40,647 nucleotides of DNA, from contig JBIOIY010000024.1 in assembly GCA_044450345.1 (NCBI GenBank), positions 1 through 40,647 of the forward strand, written 5' to 3'. The notes below the pieces were generated by a model. The model worked only from the letters and a program-made list of their open reading frames with translations. It made no database searches and was not told the DNA's origin. Position 1 is the stretch's first letter. Each line of letters opens with the position of its first letter. This document shows positions 29,960 to 38,009 of this stretch, piece by piece. Position numbers and translations under genes: made by a program. Source of the DNA: Thermodesulfovibrionales bacterium. GTDB taxonomy: Bacteria; Nitrospirota; Thermodesulfovibrionia; Thermodesulfovibrionales; UBA6898.

Positions 29960-30925
29960 TCAACCCGTTCCGGCAAAAAAATTCGCAAATAAACGCTTAC
30001 CCTTCGAAAGTGCTTTGCGGGTCGGAAAATAAACTGTTGAGTAATAAAGCCGCCTGATATCAAAACTGCGAGGATAGATGAGTCCGGCCCTCAATAAATT
30101 CAGGGCAGCGCGGAAATCGGATCCGCTTGTATTGTACCGCACCCTCATAAGGTATTTGCCGGCAACAGCGGCTCGCCTGACCCTGCCGGAAGCAAGCTTG
30201 AGGTCTCCGGAACTATCGATCATTAAACCATAGTCATGAGCAATTCGCGCAGCCTCTCTGTCCCTCTGCTCCTCGTGTACGCGCCGGGCCGAAAAAAGTG
30301 CGTCTATTTTCCTGATATCCGCTTTGAAAGCCATCCTCAGCCACAGGTCCGTATCGGCAGCATACGGCATCTCCTTCCTCCAGCCGCAGAGGGATTTGGC
30401 AAGTTCCAGCCGAAAAAAGGCCGACGGCTGAGGGATCCATGTCTTAATCGAAAGAAAGTCCTCAAGCGTAAAGGGCGCAAGTTGTGTCCTTGAAAGCTCC
30501 CCGCCCTGTGCGTCCACCTTCACGATATCGCCGTATACGAGACCCGCTGCCGGATTTTCTTTCAGAGCCCCGACAGCTCCGGAAATCGCCCCAGGCAGGT
30601 AATAATCATCCGAGCTCTGGATAGCGCCGATTTCCCCGCGGGCCTGTGCAAATCCCTTATTCACCGCTTCGACGACGCCGCTGTCGGCCTCTGAAATCCA
30701 TGTTACTTCGGGTACGCTGTCATATTGATGAAGAACTGCGGAAGTCTGGTCGGTTGACGCACCGTCGATGACGATAACTTCGATCGGGCGATAATCCTGA
30801 GATAGAATAGAATCGATGGTTTCCTTTATGAATCGCCCCTGATTGTAACTGGGGACGATGATCGAAACGAGGGGGTCTTCTGAAAGCGGTTTTAGACTAT
30901 TCACGGGAGAGACTTTTTCTTGCAA
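29960..30925 (-). CDS. GT2 glycosyltransferase
   Basis: PLVSIIVPSYNQG, DGASTD, SSDD, PQPSAF. Exact start uncertain (30925 or 30904). Confidence 0.88.
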   Translation of the reverse strand: MQEKVSPVNSLKPLSEDPLVSIIVPSYNQGRFIKETIDSILSQDYRPIEVIVIDGASTDQTSAVLHQYDSVPEVTWISEADSGVVEAVNKGFAQARGEIGAIQSSDDYYLPGAISGAVGALKENPAAGLVYGDIVKVDAQGGELSRTQLAPFTLEDFLSIKTWIPQPSAFFRLELAKSLCGWRKEMPYAADTDLWLRMAFKADIRKIDALFSARRVHEEQRDREAARIAHDYGLMIDSSGDLKLASGRVRRAAVAGKYLMRVRYNTSGSDFRAALNLLRAGLIYPRSFDIRRLYYSTVYFPTRKALSKGKRLFANFFAGTG

Positions 30926-31937
30926 TTATTTCTTTTACTGTCGTGAGATCTTGCAGCCAGGCATGAACAAGTCCCAGTTCCTTTTCCGGGAAAAAGCCGG
31001 CCGTAACCAGGGCCTCATAACAACTCAGCACGTTACCGCCAAGAGAACCGGTCCCTCCCTTAAGGGACAGTCCCTCAAGGATTTCGACGAGTTCTTTATT
31101 TCTGATGTAGCCGGGGACCTCGTCATTGAAATCCCGCATCAGGTTATGTTCGTTCCTTTCCTGAATCACCTCCGAAGCATGGAAAACAACGCCATATCCC
31201 ATCTCCCAAAGACAACGCTGGGCGATGAAACCTCTCCAGATATCGGTCATGCGAAAGGAACAATAACTCGGGAGGTACATAAGGGGAAACGCCTCAGGCC
31301 ACCACCATGTGCTTTGACTGTTGAACGGACACCAGGAACCTGGTGCAAGGTAAATACTGGGTCCCCGGCTGAAGGTAAAAGGCCTGTCAAGTAACAGCCG
31401 CCAGATGGCATCCACGTCAGGCGAGTTGTCTGCAAGGCCTTGCTGAATCGGGGCATCGACCTCACACAACTCACCTCTAATCAGCGCCTTTTCGCTCACA
31501 GCAATCTCGTCAAGCGGAAACCCCCGCGGCCATATACGCTCTTCAGAAAAAAAGCGGTATGCGTTAACCCATCCCTTCTCCATGACTTTCGCTGCCTTCA
31601 CGGACTTTATTCTCATTTTCCAATCTTCCATGGGAGCATTATCGTCGTCGGTCTCATAAATGCACGGAGTTCCCTGAGTTAACGCAGCCAGATAACCGAT
31701 ATTCTTTCGGGAGTAGTGATTTTCAGGCAGCAATTTGGCAAGAGCAAACTGTGAGTCTATCTGGTCCTGAAGCGAAAGAAACAACGCATTTTCAAGATCA
31801 AAGGAAGCAGGCCCTTTCCTGTCGCCAACGATAACAAGAACACCCATGTATCCAGCGATTCTTTCCGCAAATCGCCTTACAGAAACGTTGGGCTCCTGAA
31901 TTGTTGTTATCACGACATAATTGCGGTCAGGGTTCAT
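30897..31937 (-). CDS. STELLO/DUF288-like glycosyltransferase
   Basis: VVITTI, GDRKGP, HYSRKNIGYL, YETDDDN, WPRGFPL, PDVDAIWRL, PFNSQ, FRMTDIWR. Start inferred at ATG 31937. Confidence 0.8.
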   Translation of the reverse strand: MNPDRNYVVITTIQEPNVSVRRFAERIAGYMGVLVIVGDRKGPASFDLENALFLSLQDQIDSQFALAKLLPENHYSRKNIGYLAALTQGTPCIYETDDDNAPMEDWKMRIKSVKAAKVMEKGWVNAYRFFSEERIWPRGFPLDEIAVSEKALIRGELCEVDAPIQQGLADNSPDVDAIWRLLLDRPFTFSRGPSIYLAPGSWCPFNSQSTWWWPEAFPLMYLPSYCSFRMTDIWRGFIAQRCLWEMGYGVVFHASEVIQERNEHNLMRDFNDEVPGYIRNKELVEILEGLSLKGGTGSLGGNVLSCYEALVTAGFFPEKELGLVHAWLQDLTTVKEIIARKSLSRE

Positions 31938-31941
31938 GATC

Positions 31942-32730
31942 TCATCCCGCACCCGCCCTTCGTTCGGCACCTTGAAATCTCGCCTCAACAAGATGACGGT
32001 TGGCAAAGAGCATGTCGCACTCTAAGAGTTTACCTTTATCGTCCGTGCGGAATTCGGTCATTCTCAGCAGATCGAATTCATTGCAGTTCAGATATTCGAA
32101 CACCTCATCGAATAACGGGCCGTTCTTGTAGAGCTTCTGAAACTGCGCTTCGAGATATATATATTCGATATTTGGAAGAGCGCGCCCGGCCCCTTTCAGC
32201 ACTTCCAATTCATAGCCCTGAACATCCAACTTCAGCAATTTTAACCGCTCGATTTTTCTTTCCGCGCAGTAATCATCAAGCCTTTGCACTTCCACGGAGA
32301 TTGACTTTTGCACCGAATAATCGACCCCGTATAATTTATTGACAAGCAAGTCTCCCTGCTCGAGAAAAGAACTGACCTGATTATACTTGCTCACAAAAAA
32401 AGGCTTCTGCCCGTTTTCGCTACCGAGTGCGATATTGCTGCAATACAAATCATTATAATATTTGAAAAACTCCCTAATAAAATCATAGAGGTCGGGAAGA
32501 GGTTCAAACGCGTGAATGACTGCATACGGTTGCCAGGCGAGAACGCATTCAATGAACCGGCCCCTGTTTGCACCTACATCTACTATAACGTCTTTCTTCC
32601 TCAATCCGCAGACCTCGATATCGGGATAATAGGATCTATACTCGATTGGGTGTTTTTTCAAAGCAATTCTCAGCCGATTTCTGGTTCTCAGTGGAATCAT
32701 CTTTTTAATAAAGTCGGCTGCTGCAGTCAT
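31942..32730 (-). CDS. FkbM-family methyltransferase
   Basis: VDVGANRG, FEPLP, LKLDVQGYEL.VLKG. ATG 32730 overlaps the wzt stop (ATGA). Confidence 0.9.
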   Translation of the reverse strand: MTAAADFIKKMIPLRTRNRLRIALKKHPIEYRSYYPDIEVCGLRKKDVIVDVGANRGRFIECVLAWQPYAVIHAFEPLPDLYDFIREFFKYYNDLYCSNIALGSENGQKPFFVSKYNQVSSFLEQGDLLVNKLYGVDYSVQKSISVEVQRLDDYCAERKIERLKLLKLDVQGYELEVLKGAGRALPNIEYIYLEAQFQKLYKNGPLFDEVFEYLNCNEFDLLRMTEFRTDDKGKLLECDMLFANRHLVEARFQGAERRAGAG

Positions 32731-34028
32731 TTCGGCAACGGAACAACATCCCATTCGACGTCAATCCTTACGAGCCCCATGTCCTTTTCATCAAATTCCC
32801 CCTTTGCCCCGTCAGATATCGCTGCGATGCTGAAGCTGGCTGCGTCCACTACCCAATCCAACGCATGCCCGTTTTCGGCAGAGTAAGCACCCAATTGCAA
32901 AGAATAGTGATTTGGGAGTAATGAATTGCCTTTAATCTTACAAAGTATATATTGCTCATCTACCGACTTGCTGAAATCCAACGGTGGCGTATGAACCGTT
33001 GAAAGTCGAACCCCATCCGTGCAAATACCGATGCCAACCCTGGCCTGACTCACATCCTCGGCAGCTTGAACGCCAAGCTTTATGTAAATATCCTCTTTGA
33101 AGAACATCATGGCGGACGGTTGTAGCGCACTGTTCATTACTTCGACCGATTTGATCTGAAGGCACGATTTTATGGCATGCTGATGGTCGACAATAACGAC
33201 TGTTGCATCCGCCACAAAATTCTCCCGGAGATACTTCCCTATAACAGAAAAAGGGAAGCCGATGTCGATTATTCTTCCTTTGTCGAGCCACGTTGCGGAC
33301 GTGCAAAGCCTCTTGATGCTCGCCATATTGTGGCTCACATATAACACTGTCCTGCCGCTGCGGGCGACCTCCCCCATCTTCCCCAAACACTTCTTTTGAA
33401 ACTGCGCATCCCCCACCGCCAGCACCTCATCGACAATCAGTATCTCCGGCTCGAGGTGCGCTGCCACCGCAAAGGCCAGTCTCACATACATGCCGGAAGA
33501 GTAGCGCTTTACCGGGGTATCGATGAATTTCTCCACCTCCGCAAAAGAGACGATCTCGTCGAACTTTCTCCTGATCTCATCTTTTGTCATCCCCAGGATC
33601 GCCCCGTTCAGGAAGATATTTTCCCTGCCGGTCAGTTCCGGGTGAAAACCGGTGCCTACTTCCAGCAGACTCGCTATGCGACCTTTAATCTTTATCTCTC
33701 CCCTTGTAGGAGTCGTGACCCTTGACATAATTTTGAGCAGCGTGGATTTGCCTGCGCCGTTTCTCCCTATGATACCGAGGACCTCACCCTGCTTCACCTC
33801 GAAGCAAACGTCGCGTAACGCCCAGAAACGGTCCTCGCCTTCGGCGTTCATAGTTGCTTGTTCTTCGTTCTTCGTTAACGGCATAAAATCAAGAGGCAAA
33901 TTGGGATCAGGGTTGCCGCGCATTCTTGCCCACCAGCTTTGTATGTCCTTACGCAGGGTAGCATGGCTGATCGCGCCGTAGCGATACTGTTTCCAGAGGT
34001 TCTCAACCTTAATTACGACTTCGCTCAT
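32727..34028 (-). CDS. wzt: Polysaccharide ABC exporter ATPase with C-terminal carbohydrate-binding (Wzt_C) domain
   Basis: GRNGAGKST, YSSGM, DEVLAVGD, VSH, and a ~160 aa beta-rich C-terminal extension. Confidence 0.93.
   Translation of the reverse strand: MSEVVIKVENLWKQYRYGAISHATLRKDIQSWWARMRGNPDPNLPLDFMPLTKNEEQATMNAEGEDRFWALRDVCFEVKQGEVLGIIGRNGAGKSTLLKIMSRVTTPTRGEIKIKGRIASLLEVGTGFHPELTGRENIFLNGAILGMTKDEIRRKFDEIVSFAEVEKFIDTPVKRYSSGMYVRLAFAVAAHLEPEILIVDEVLAVGDAQFQKKCLGKMGEVARSGRTVLYVSHNMASIKRLCTSATWLDKGRIIDIGFPFSVIGKYLRENFVADATVVIVDHQHAIKSCLQIKSVEVMNSALQPSAMMFFKEDIYIKLGVQAAEDVSQARVGIGICTDGVRLSTVHTPPLDFSKSVDEQYILCKIKGNSLLPNHYSLQLGAYSAENGHALDWVVDAASFSIAAISDGAKGEFDEKDMGLVRIDVEWDVVPLPK
33846..33876. 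repeat. Degenerate heptamer array inside the wzt coding sequence
   Basis: GTT at 33846, 33853, 33860, 33867, 33874. The minus strand reads AACGAAG AACGAAG AACAAGC AACTATG AAC. Confidence 0.6.
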
Positions 34029-34042
34029 TCGACCATATTCAC

Positions 34043-34900
34043 TTATACGGTATCCATAAAACTCTTCTCAACCCGGCTGAAGAGTATTATGCCTAATATG
34101 AGTACCAGCACCGTTGTTACGACGCTCAACCCCATCTGCCAGAGGTGGACCGTGCCCGCTCCGAGAAAGGCATACCGAAAAACCTCAATGACCGCTGCCA
34201 TAGGGTTCATTGCAATGATCCATTGCCATCTTTCGGGAACGCGCGACAGCGGATATACTACGGGCGTCGCATACATCCATAGTTGGACGCCAAAACCCAC
34301 CAAATAGGTCAGATCTCTATATTTGGTGGTAAGAGAAGAAATGATAATCCCGAACCCCAGTCCCAGAGCTGCCATCTGAAGTATTAGAAGCGGAAGCAGG
34401 CAAAGAGCAGGTTTCGGAGCTATGGCAGCCCCTCTTACCAAAAAAAAGAAATAAAGCCCGAGGAAAAGCAGCGACTGAACAGCAAAGGTTATCAGGTTGG
34501 TTATGACTACCGAAATGGGTACTGTCAGCCTGGGGAACCAGACCTTTCCGAAGATGCCGGCGTTGCCTGCGAAGGTATTCGACGTGCTGTTCAGGCAGCC
34601 TGCAAAATAGTTCCATGCAACAACGCCTGAAAGATAAAAAAGGGGTTGGGGCAGCCCGTCTGTGGGGATTTTCGCAATCCTGCCGAAAATAATGGTGAAC
34701 ACCACCGTTGTAAAAAGCGGCTGGATCAGGAACCACAGAGGTCCAAGCACTGTCTGCTTATACACGGCCACAAAGTCCCTGCGGACAAAAAGCATGATGA
34801 GGTCGCGGTAGCGCCATAGTTCGGACAGGTGGATATCGAACCATCCTGAGACAGGACGGATAATGGAGGTCCACGTTTGCGTTTCGTTCGTGTTGTTCAT
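34043..34900 (-). CDS. wzm: Polysaccharide ABC exporter permease
   Basis: LWRYRDL..FVRRD..YKQTVLGPLW..QP, KYRD, YATPVVYP, NP. Start inferred at ATG 34900. Confidence 0.93.
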   Translation of the reverse strand: MNNTNETQTWTSIIRPVSGWFDIHLSELWRYRDLIMLFVRRDFVAVYKQTVLGPLWFLIQPLFTTVVFTIIFGRIAKIPTDGLPQPLFYLSGVVAWNYFAGCLNSTSNTFAGNAGIFGKVWFPRLTVPISVVITNLITFAVQSLLFLGLYFFFLVRGAAIAPKPALCLLPLLILQMAALGLGFGIIISSLTTKYRDLTYLVGFGVQLWMYATPVVYPLSRVPERWQWIIAMNPMAAVIEVFRYAFLGAGTVHLWQMGLSVVTTVLVLILGIILFSRVEKSFMDTV

Positions 34901-34974
34901 AATGGGTTTAGTTACAGGAAGAAAAAAGGAATAAGACAACGGCCGTCATCATAGAAAACAATAACCCTTCACAG

Positions 34975-35985
34975 TCATTGCCTGTAGTATGATTTGTACC
35001 ATTCCACAAACTTCTTCAGCCCCTCTTCCAGGGGAGTCGAGGGTTTAAAGCCCACATCTCTCATCAGGTCGTCGACGTCGGCATAGGTCGCAGGCACGTC
35101 CCCCGGCTGCATCGGAAGAAAGTTCTTCACCGCCTTCCTGCCGAGACAGTCCTCGATGACCTCTATGAAGGTGAGGAGTTCGACTGGGTTATTGTTGCCG
35201 ATGTTGTATAGCCTGTAAGGCGCATAGCTCGTCGCAGAATCGGGCCTGGCAGGGTCCCAAAGGGGGTCTGGTGCCGGTGTCCTGTCGACCACCCTCACTA
35301 CCGTCTCGATGATATCGTCGATGTAGGTAAAATCCCTTTTCATCCTGCCGTGATTGAAGACATCGATCGGCCTGCCTTCACTGATCGCTTTCGTGAAGAG
35401 AAAATATGCCATGTCCGGCCTGCCCCACGGCCCATATACCGTAAAGAATCTGAGTCCGGTGCAGGGGAGACCATAGAGGCTCGAATAGGAATGAGCCATC
35501 AGTTCATTCGCTTTTTTTGTCGCAGCATAGAGAGAGACGGGATGGTCGACATTGTGGTGGACCGAGAAAGGCATCGCCGTATTGGCCCCATACACTGAAC
35601 TCGATGAGGCGAAGACGAGGTGTTTTACGCCGGTGCGTCGGCATCCTTCCAGGACGTTTAAAAACCCGGAGAGGTTGCTGTCTGCATAGGCAAAGGGGTT
35701 TATCAGGGAATACCTCACGCCCGCCTGTGCTGCCATATTCACGACCGCATCGAACCGTTCTTCCGAGAAGAGCCTTGTCATCGCATCCCGGTCCGCGAGG
35801 TCTATCCTCACGGGCTTGAAGTTCCTCTCCATCGACATCTGTTTGATCCTCGCAAGTTTGAGGTCGACGTCGTAATAATCGTTCAGGTTGTCGAGTCCGA
35901 CCACATCATCCCCCCGACCGGCGAGTCTTTGCGATATGTAGAAGCCTATGAATCCGGCTGCCCCCGTCACCAAGATCTTAGACAT
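34975..35985 (-). CDS. UDP-glucuronate 4-epimerase (Uge/CapI type)
   Basis: [52 protein letters not shown]. Confidence 0.92.
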   Translation of the reverse strand: MSKILVTGAAGFIGFYISQRLAGRGDDVVGLDNLNDYYDVDLKLARIKQMSMERNFKPVRIDLADRDAMTRLFSEERFDAVVNMAAQAGVRYSLINPFAYADSNLSGFLNVLEGCRRTGVKHLVFASSSSVYGANTAMPFSVHHNVDHPVSLYAATKKANELMAHSYSSLYGLPCTGLRFFTVYGPWGRPDMAYFLFTKAISEGRPIDVFNHGRMKRDFTYIDDIIETVVRVVDRTPAPDPLWDPARPDSATSYAPYRLYNIGNNNPVELLTFIEVIEDCLGRKAVKNFLPMQPGDVPATYADVDDLMRDVGFKPSTPLEEGLKKFVEWYKSYYRQ

Positions 35986-36020
35986 GGAATCTCCCCTTTT
36001 TCCGGGGAGTAATTATTTTT

Positions 36021-36422
36021 TTATAAAAGCCGCTCTTCATCGCTTTTGTCCGAACCAATATTTGACACTTTGAACTGCGCACCGGAGGCCGTCCCCTGCG
36101 GGGAATTCACCAGGACTGTTTCGCGTCTGAGCATCTCTATCTCTCTCTTCAGCCTTTCGAACTCGTCCAGTTTCTTCTGCAGGAAACCGTAGGTGTGCGC
36201 AAATTTCGTGCTTATCCCTTTCGGCGTAAGCGCATACATATAGGCGCTCTTGTTCTTCGAGTTCTTGAAGCGCCTCGCCTTTATGTATCCCTTCTTCAGG
36301 AGGGCGTTGACTACGTAGTTCACCCTGCCCAGGCTCAACCCCATCTTCCTCGAAAGCTCCCGCTGGGAGAGCGAGCCGTCCCTTGCTAATTCACGTAGGG
36401 TATTGAAATGGGTCTCATCCAT
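36021..36422 (-). CDS. EPS-associated MarR-family (wHTH) transcriptional regulator
   Basis: SQRELSRKMGLSLGRVNY..L..KG..K..F..SKNK..Y.Y.LTPKGI..K signature; first gene of the glycan operon. Confidence 0.88.
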   Translation of the reverse strand: MDETHFNTLRELARDGSLSQRELSRKMGLSLGRVNYVVNALLKKGYIKARRFKNSKNKSAYMYALTPKGISTKFAHTYGFLQKKLDEFERLKREIEMLRRETVLVNSPQGTASGAQFKVSNIGSDKSDEERLL

Positions 36423-36433
36423 ACGAAGCCAGA

Positions 36434-36464
36434 AGTAAATAGTAAGAAGTGAGAAGTCGGGAGT
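36434..36464. repeat. Degenerate heptamer array in the operon leader
   Basis: AGT at 36434, 36441, 36448, 36455, 36462; same family as the arrays at 6014 and 40003. Confidence 0.65.
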
Positions 36465-36494
36465 TTACTTTAAAATATGAAAAGTGCGGAGTGC

Positions 36495-36554
36495 AAAAAA
36501 CTGATTTCAGACAGGCTACCGCCGCTTCCTGTCAGACAACAGAACAAATTCAGC
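36495..36554 (-). terminator. Putative leader attenuator: hairpin enclosing ops, followed by U6
   Basis: mRNA UCUGACAGG..CCUGUCUGA stem with one mismatch, outer CUGA/UCAG pairing, then UUUUUU (A6 at 36495-36500 on +). Confidence 0.5.
36512..36523 (-). promoter_or_regulatory. ops element (RfaH loading site)
   Basis: The minus strand reads GGCGGTAGCCTG, an exact match to GGCGGTAGnnTG, in the 5' leader of the glycan operon and next to an RfaH-like gene. Confidence 0.8.
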
Positions 36555-36567
36555 GGGCTCTTTGTGC

Positions 36568-36582
36568 GTTCAGCCACTGAAC
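36568..36582. promoter_or_regulatory. Palindromic operator over the predicted transcription start (candidate MarR site)
   Basis: GTTCAG-cca-CTGAAC perfect inverted repeat just downstream of the -10 box. Confidence 0.55.
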
Positions 36583-36584
36583 TA

Positions 36585-36614
36585 ATAATACCCAATCCCG
36601 ACGAAAAAGGTCAA
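36585..36614 (-). promoter_or_regulatory. sigma70 promoter of the polysaccharide operon
   Basis: Minus strand TTGACC (36614-36609), 18 bp, TATTAT (36590-36585). Confidence 0.7.
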
Positions 36615-36652
36615 GAATTGACAAGGCGGGTCCGGAAAGGGGGCTTGCGGAA

Positions 36653-37135
36653 TCAGATCTTTCCCAAAGACCTGTTCTCGACTTCGAGCCTGAAATAGAG
36701 CGTTTCGAGGAGTATCGTGGCCCGCTTTCTCCCCGGTATATGCCGTTCGAAGATGCCGTAGAAGTCCTTGAATGGGCCCTCCTTTATCAAGACCCTTTCC
36801 CCGCTGTCAAATTTTTCTGACGGAAGCATGACGATGTCGCCCACCATCCTCTCCCGTATGACTTCTATTATCTCGGGAGGGACCGTAAGCGGGGTCTCCT
36901 TGCCGACGATATATTTCACGCCACGCGTATACCGTATCATATGGCCCTGTTCCCCTTCGTCGAAAAATGCGAATACATAACACGGGAAGAGCTGTTCTAC
37001 CGCCTCGATATATTTTTTCCTTATGTACTTCTTAACTTCTATTTTCGGGTTTAAGGTCTCTATCCCGGCACTGCTTAGAAGCTGCGCAACCGCCCCTTCC
37101 GACTTCGGCTTCGTGTAAATGGCGTACCAGTTCAC
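36653..37135 (-). CDS. NusG paralogue, RfaH/UpxY-type transcription antiterminator
   Basis: WYAIYTKP, LFPCYVF, IRYTRGV (NGN domain) and G.RV.I.EGPF..F.G (KOW domain). Lies beside a glycan operon, not in the secE-rplK context. Confidence 0.88.
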   Translation of the reverse strand: MNWYAIYTKPKSEGAVAQLLSSAGIETLNPKIEVKKYIRKKYIEAVEQLFPCYVFAFFDEGEQGHMIRYTRGVKYIVGKETPLTVPPEIIEVIRERMVGDIVMLPSEKFDSGERVLIKEGPFKDFYGIFERHIPGRKRATILLETLYFRLEVENRSLGKI

Positions 37136-37282
37136 CCGCCGGTCCGCCCCTTCAGGACGTCAATGAGCCCCAACGGCCATAAATCTTTCATACGATATTT
37201 TTCGGCTAATTCGTGGACAATGTCAAATAAATCTTGTCACCCAATTCGTCGTGCCGTGCGCAAAGACCGTCCTGAGGGTCTG

Positions 37283-37312
37283 TTGACTTCAGGCCCCTCT
37301 GCTGGTTATCGT
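37283..37312 (+). promoter_or_regulatory. Putative sigma70 promoter, leaderless HAD-uvrB transcript
   Basis: TTGACT (37283-37288), 18 bp, TATCGT (37307-37312); GTG 37319 lies 6 nt downstream with no SD. Confidence 0.5.
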
Positions 37313-37318
37313 TAACTT

Positions 37319-37999
37319 GTGAAATACATACTGTTCGATATCGACGGGACCCTTATCGATTCAGGCGGTGCGGGGACGCGGTCGCTCGACCTTGCCTTTG
37401 AAGAGATATTCTCGATCCCGGAGGCATTCAGAAACATAAGCATGGCGGGGAAGACAGACATGCAGATACTGAAAGAGGGACTGAAACTGCACCGCATCGA
37501 CAGCCCAAACGGGGTGATCCCGATATTTTTCAGGACCTATATCAGACACCTCAGAAAAAATATCGATACCGGAAAAGGCCATGTCAAACCCGGCATAAAG
37601 AATGCACTCCGGCTCCTGAGTTCCAGCAGAGGGTGCATACTCGGTCTTCTCACCGGGAATATCGAAGAAGGGGCCATGGTCAAACTTCAGGCATTCGGTC
37701 TCGACACATTCTTTGAGACCGGCGCATACGGAGACGATTCGGAAGACAGGAACAAACTCCTTCCGGTGGCAGTGGACAAGTTATATAAACGGACCTCTCT
37801 TACGGTGGGCTTCAAAGACTGCATAGTGATAGGCGATACTCCGAGAGACATAGAATGCTCAAAGCCATACGGGGCGCTCGCCGTTGCGGTGGCGACGGGT
37901 CCCTATGCCTTCGGCGTTCTTGCGGATGCAGGAGCGGATGTGGTTTTCGAGGACCTTTCGGATACGGACAGGTTCATTTCCGCACTTCAGTGCCCGTAG
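37319..37999 (+). CDS. HAD-superfamily hydrolase (phosphoglycolate phosphatase-like)
   Basis: FDIDGTL, LLTGN, IGDTPRD. Confidence 0.9.
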   Translation: MKYILFDIDGTLIDSGGAGTRSLDLAFEEIFSIPEAFRNISMAGKTDMQILKEGLKLHRIDSPNGVIPIFFRTYIRHLRKNIDTGKGHVKPGIKNALRLLSSSRGCILGLLTGNIEEGAMVKLQAFGLDTFFETGAYGDDSEDRNKLLPVAVDKLYKRTSLTVGFKDCIVIGDTPRDIECSKPYGALAVAVATGPYAFGVLADAGADVVFEDLSDTDRFISALQCP

Positions 38000-38009
38000 A
38001 TACGTGAGT

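Noticed and set aside
37179..37239. ATAAATCTT direct repeat and TGTCA repeats upstream of the antiterminator gene
   Set aside because: Could be regulatory (there is a perfect TTGACA on the minus strand at 37221-37226), but there is no convincing -10 box or recognisable spacing.
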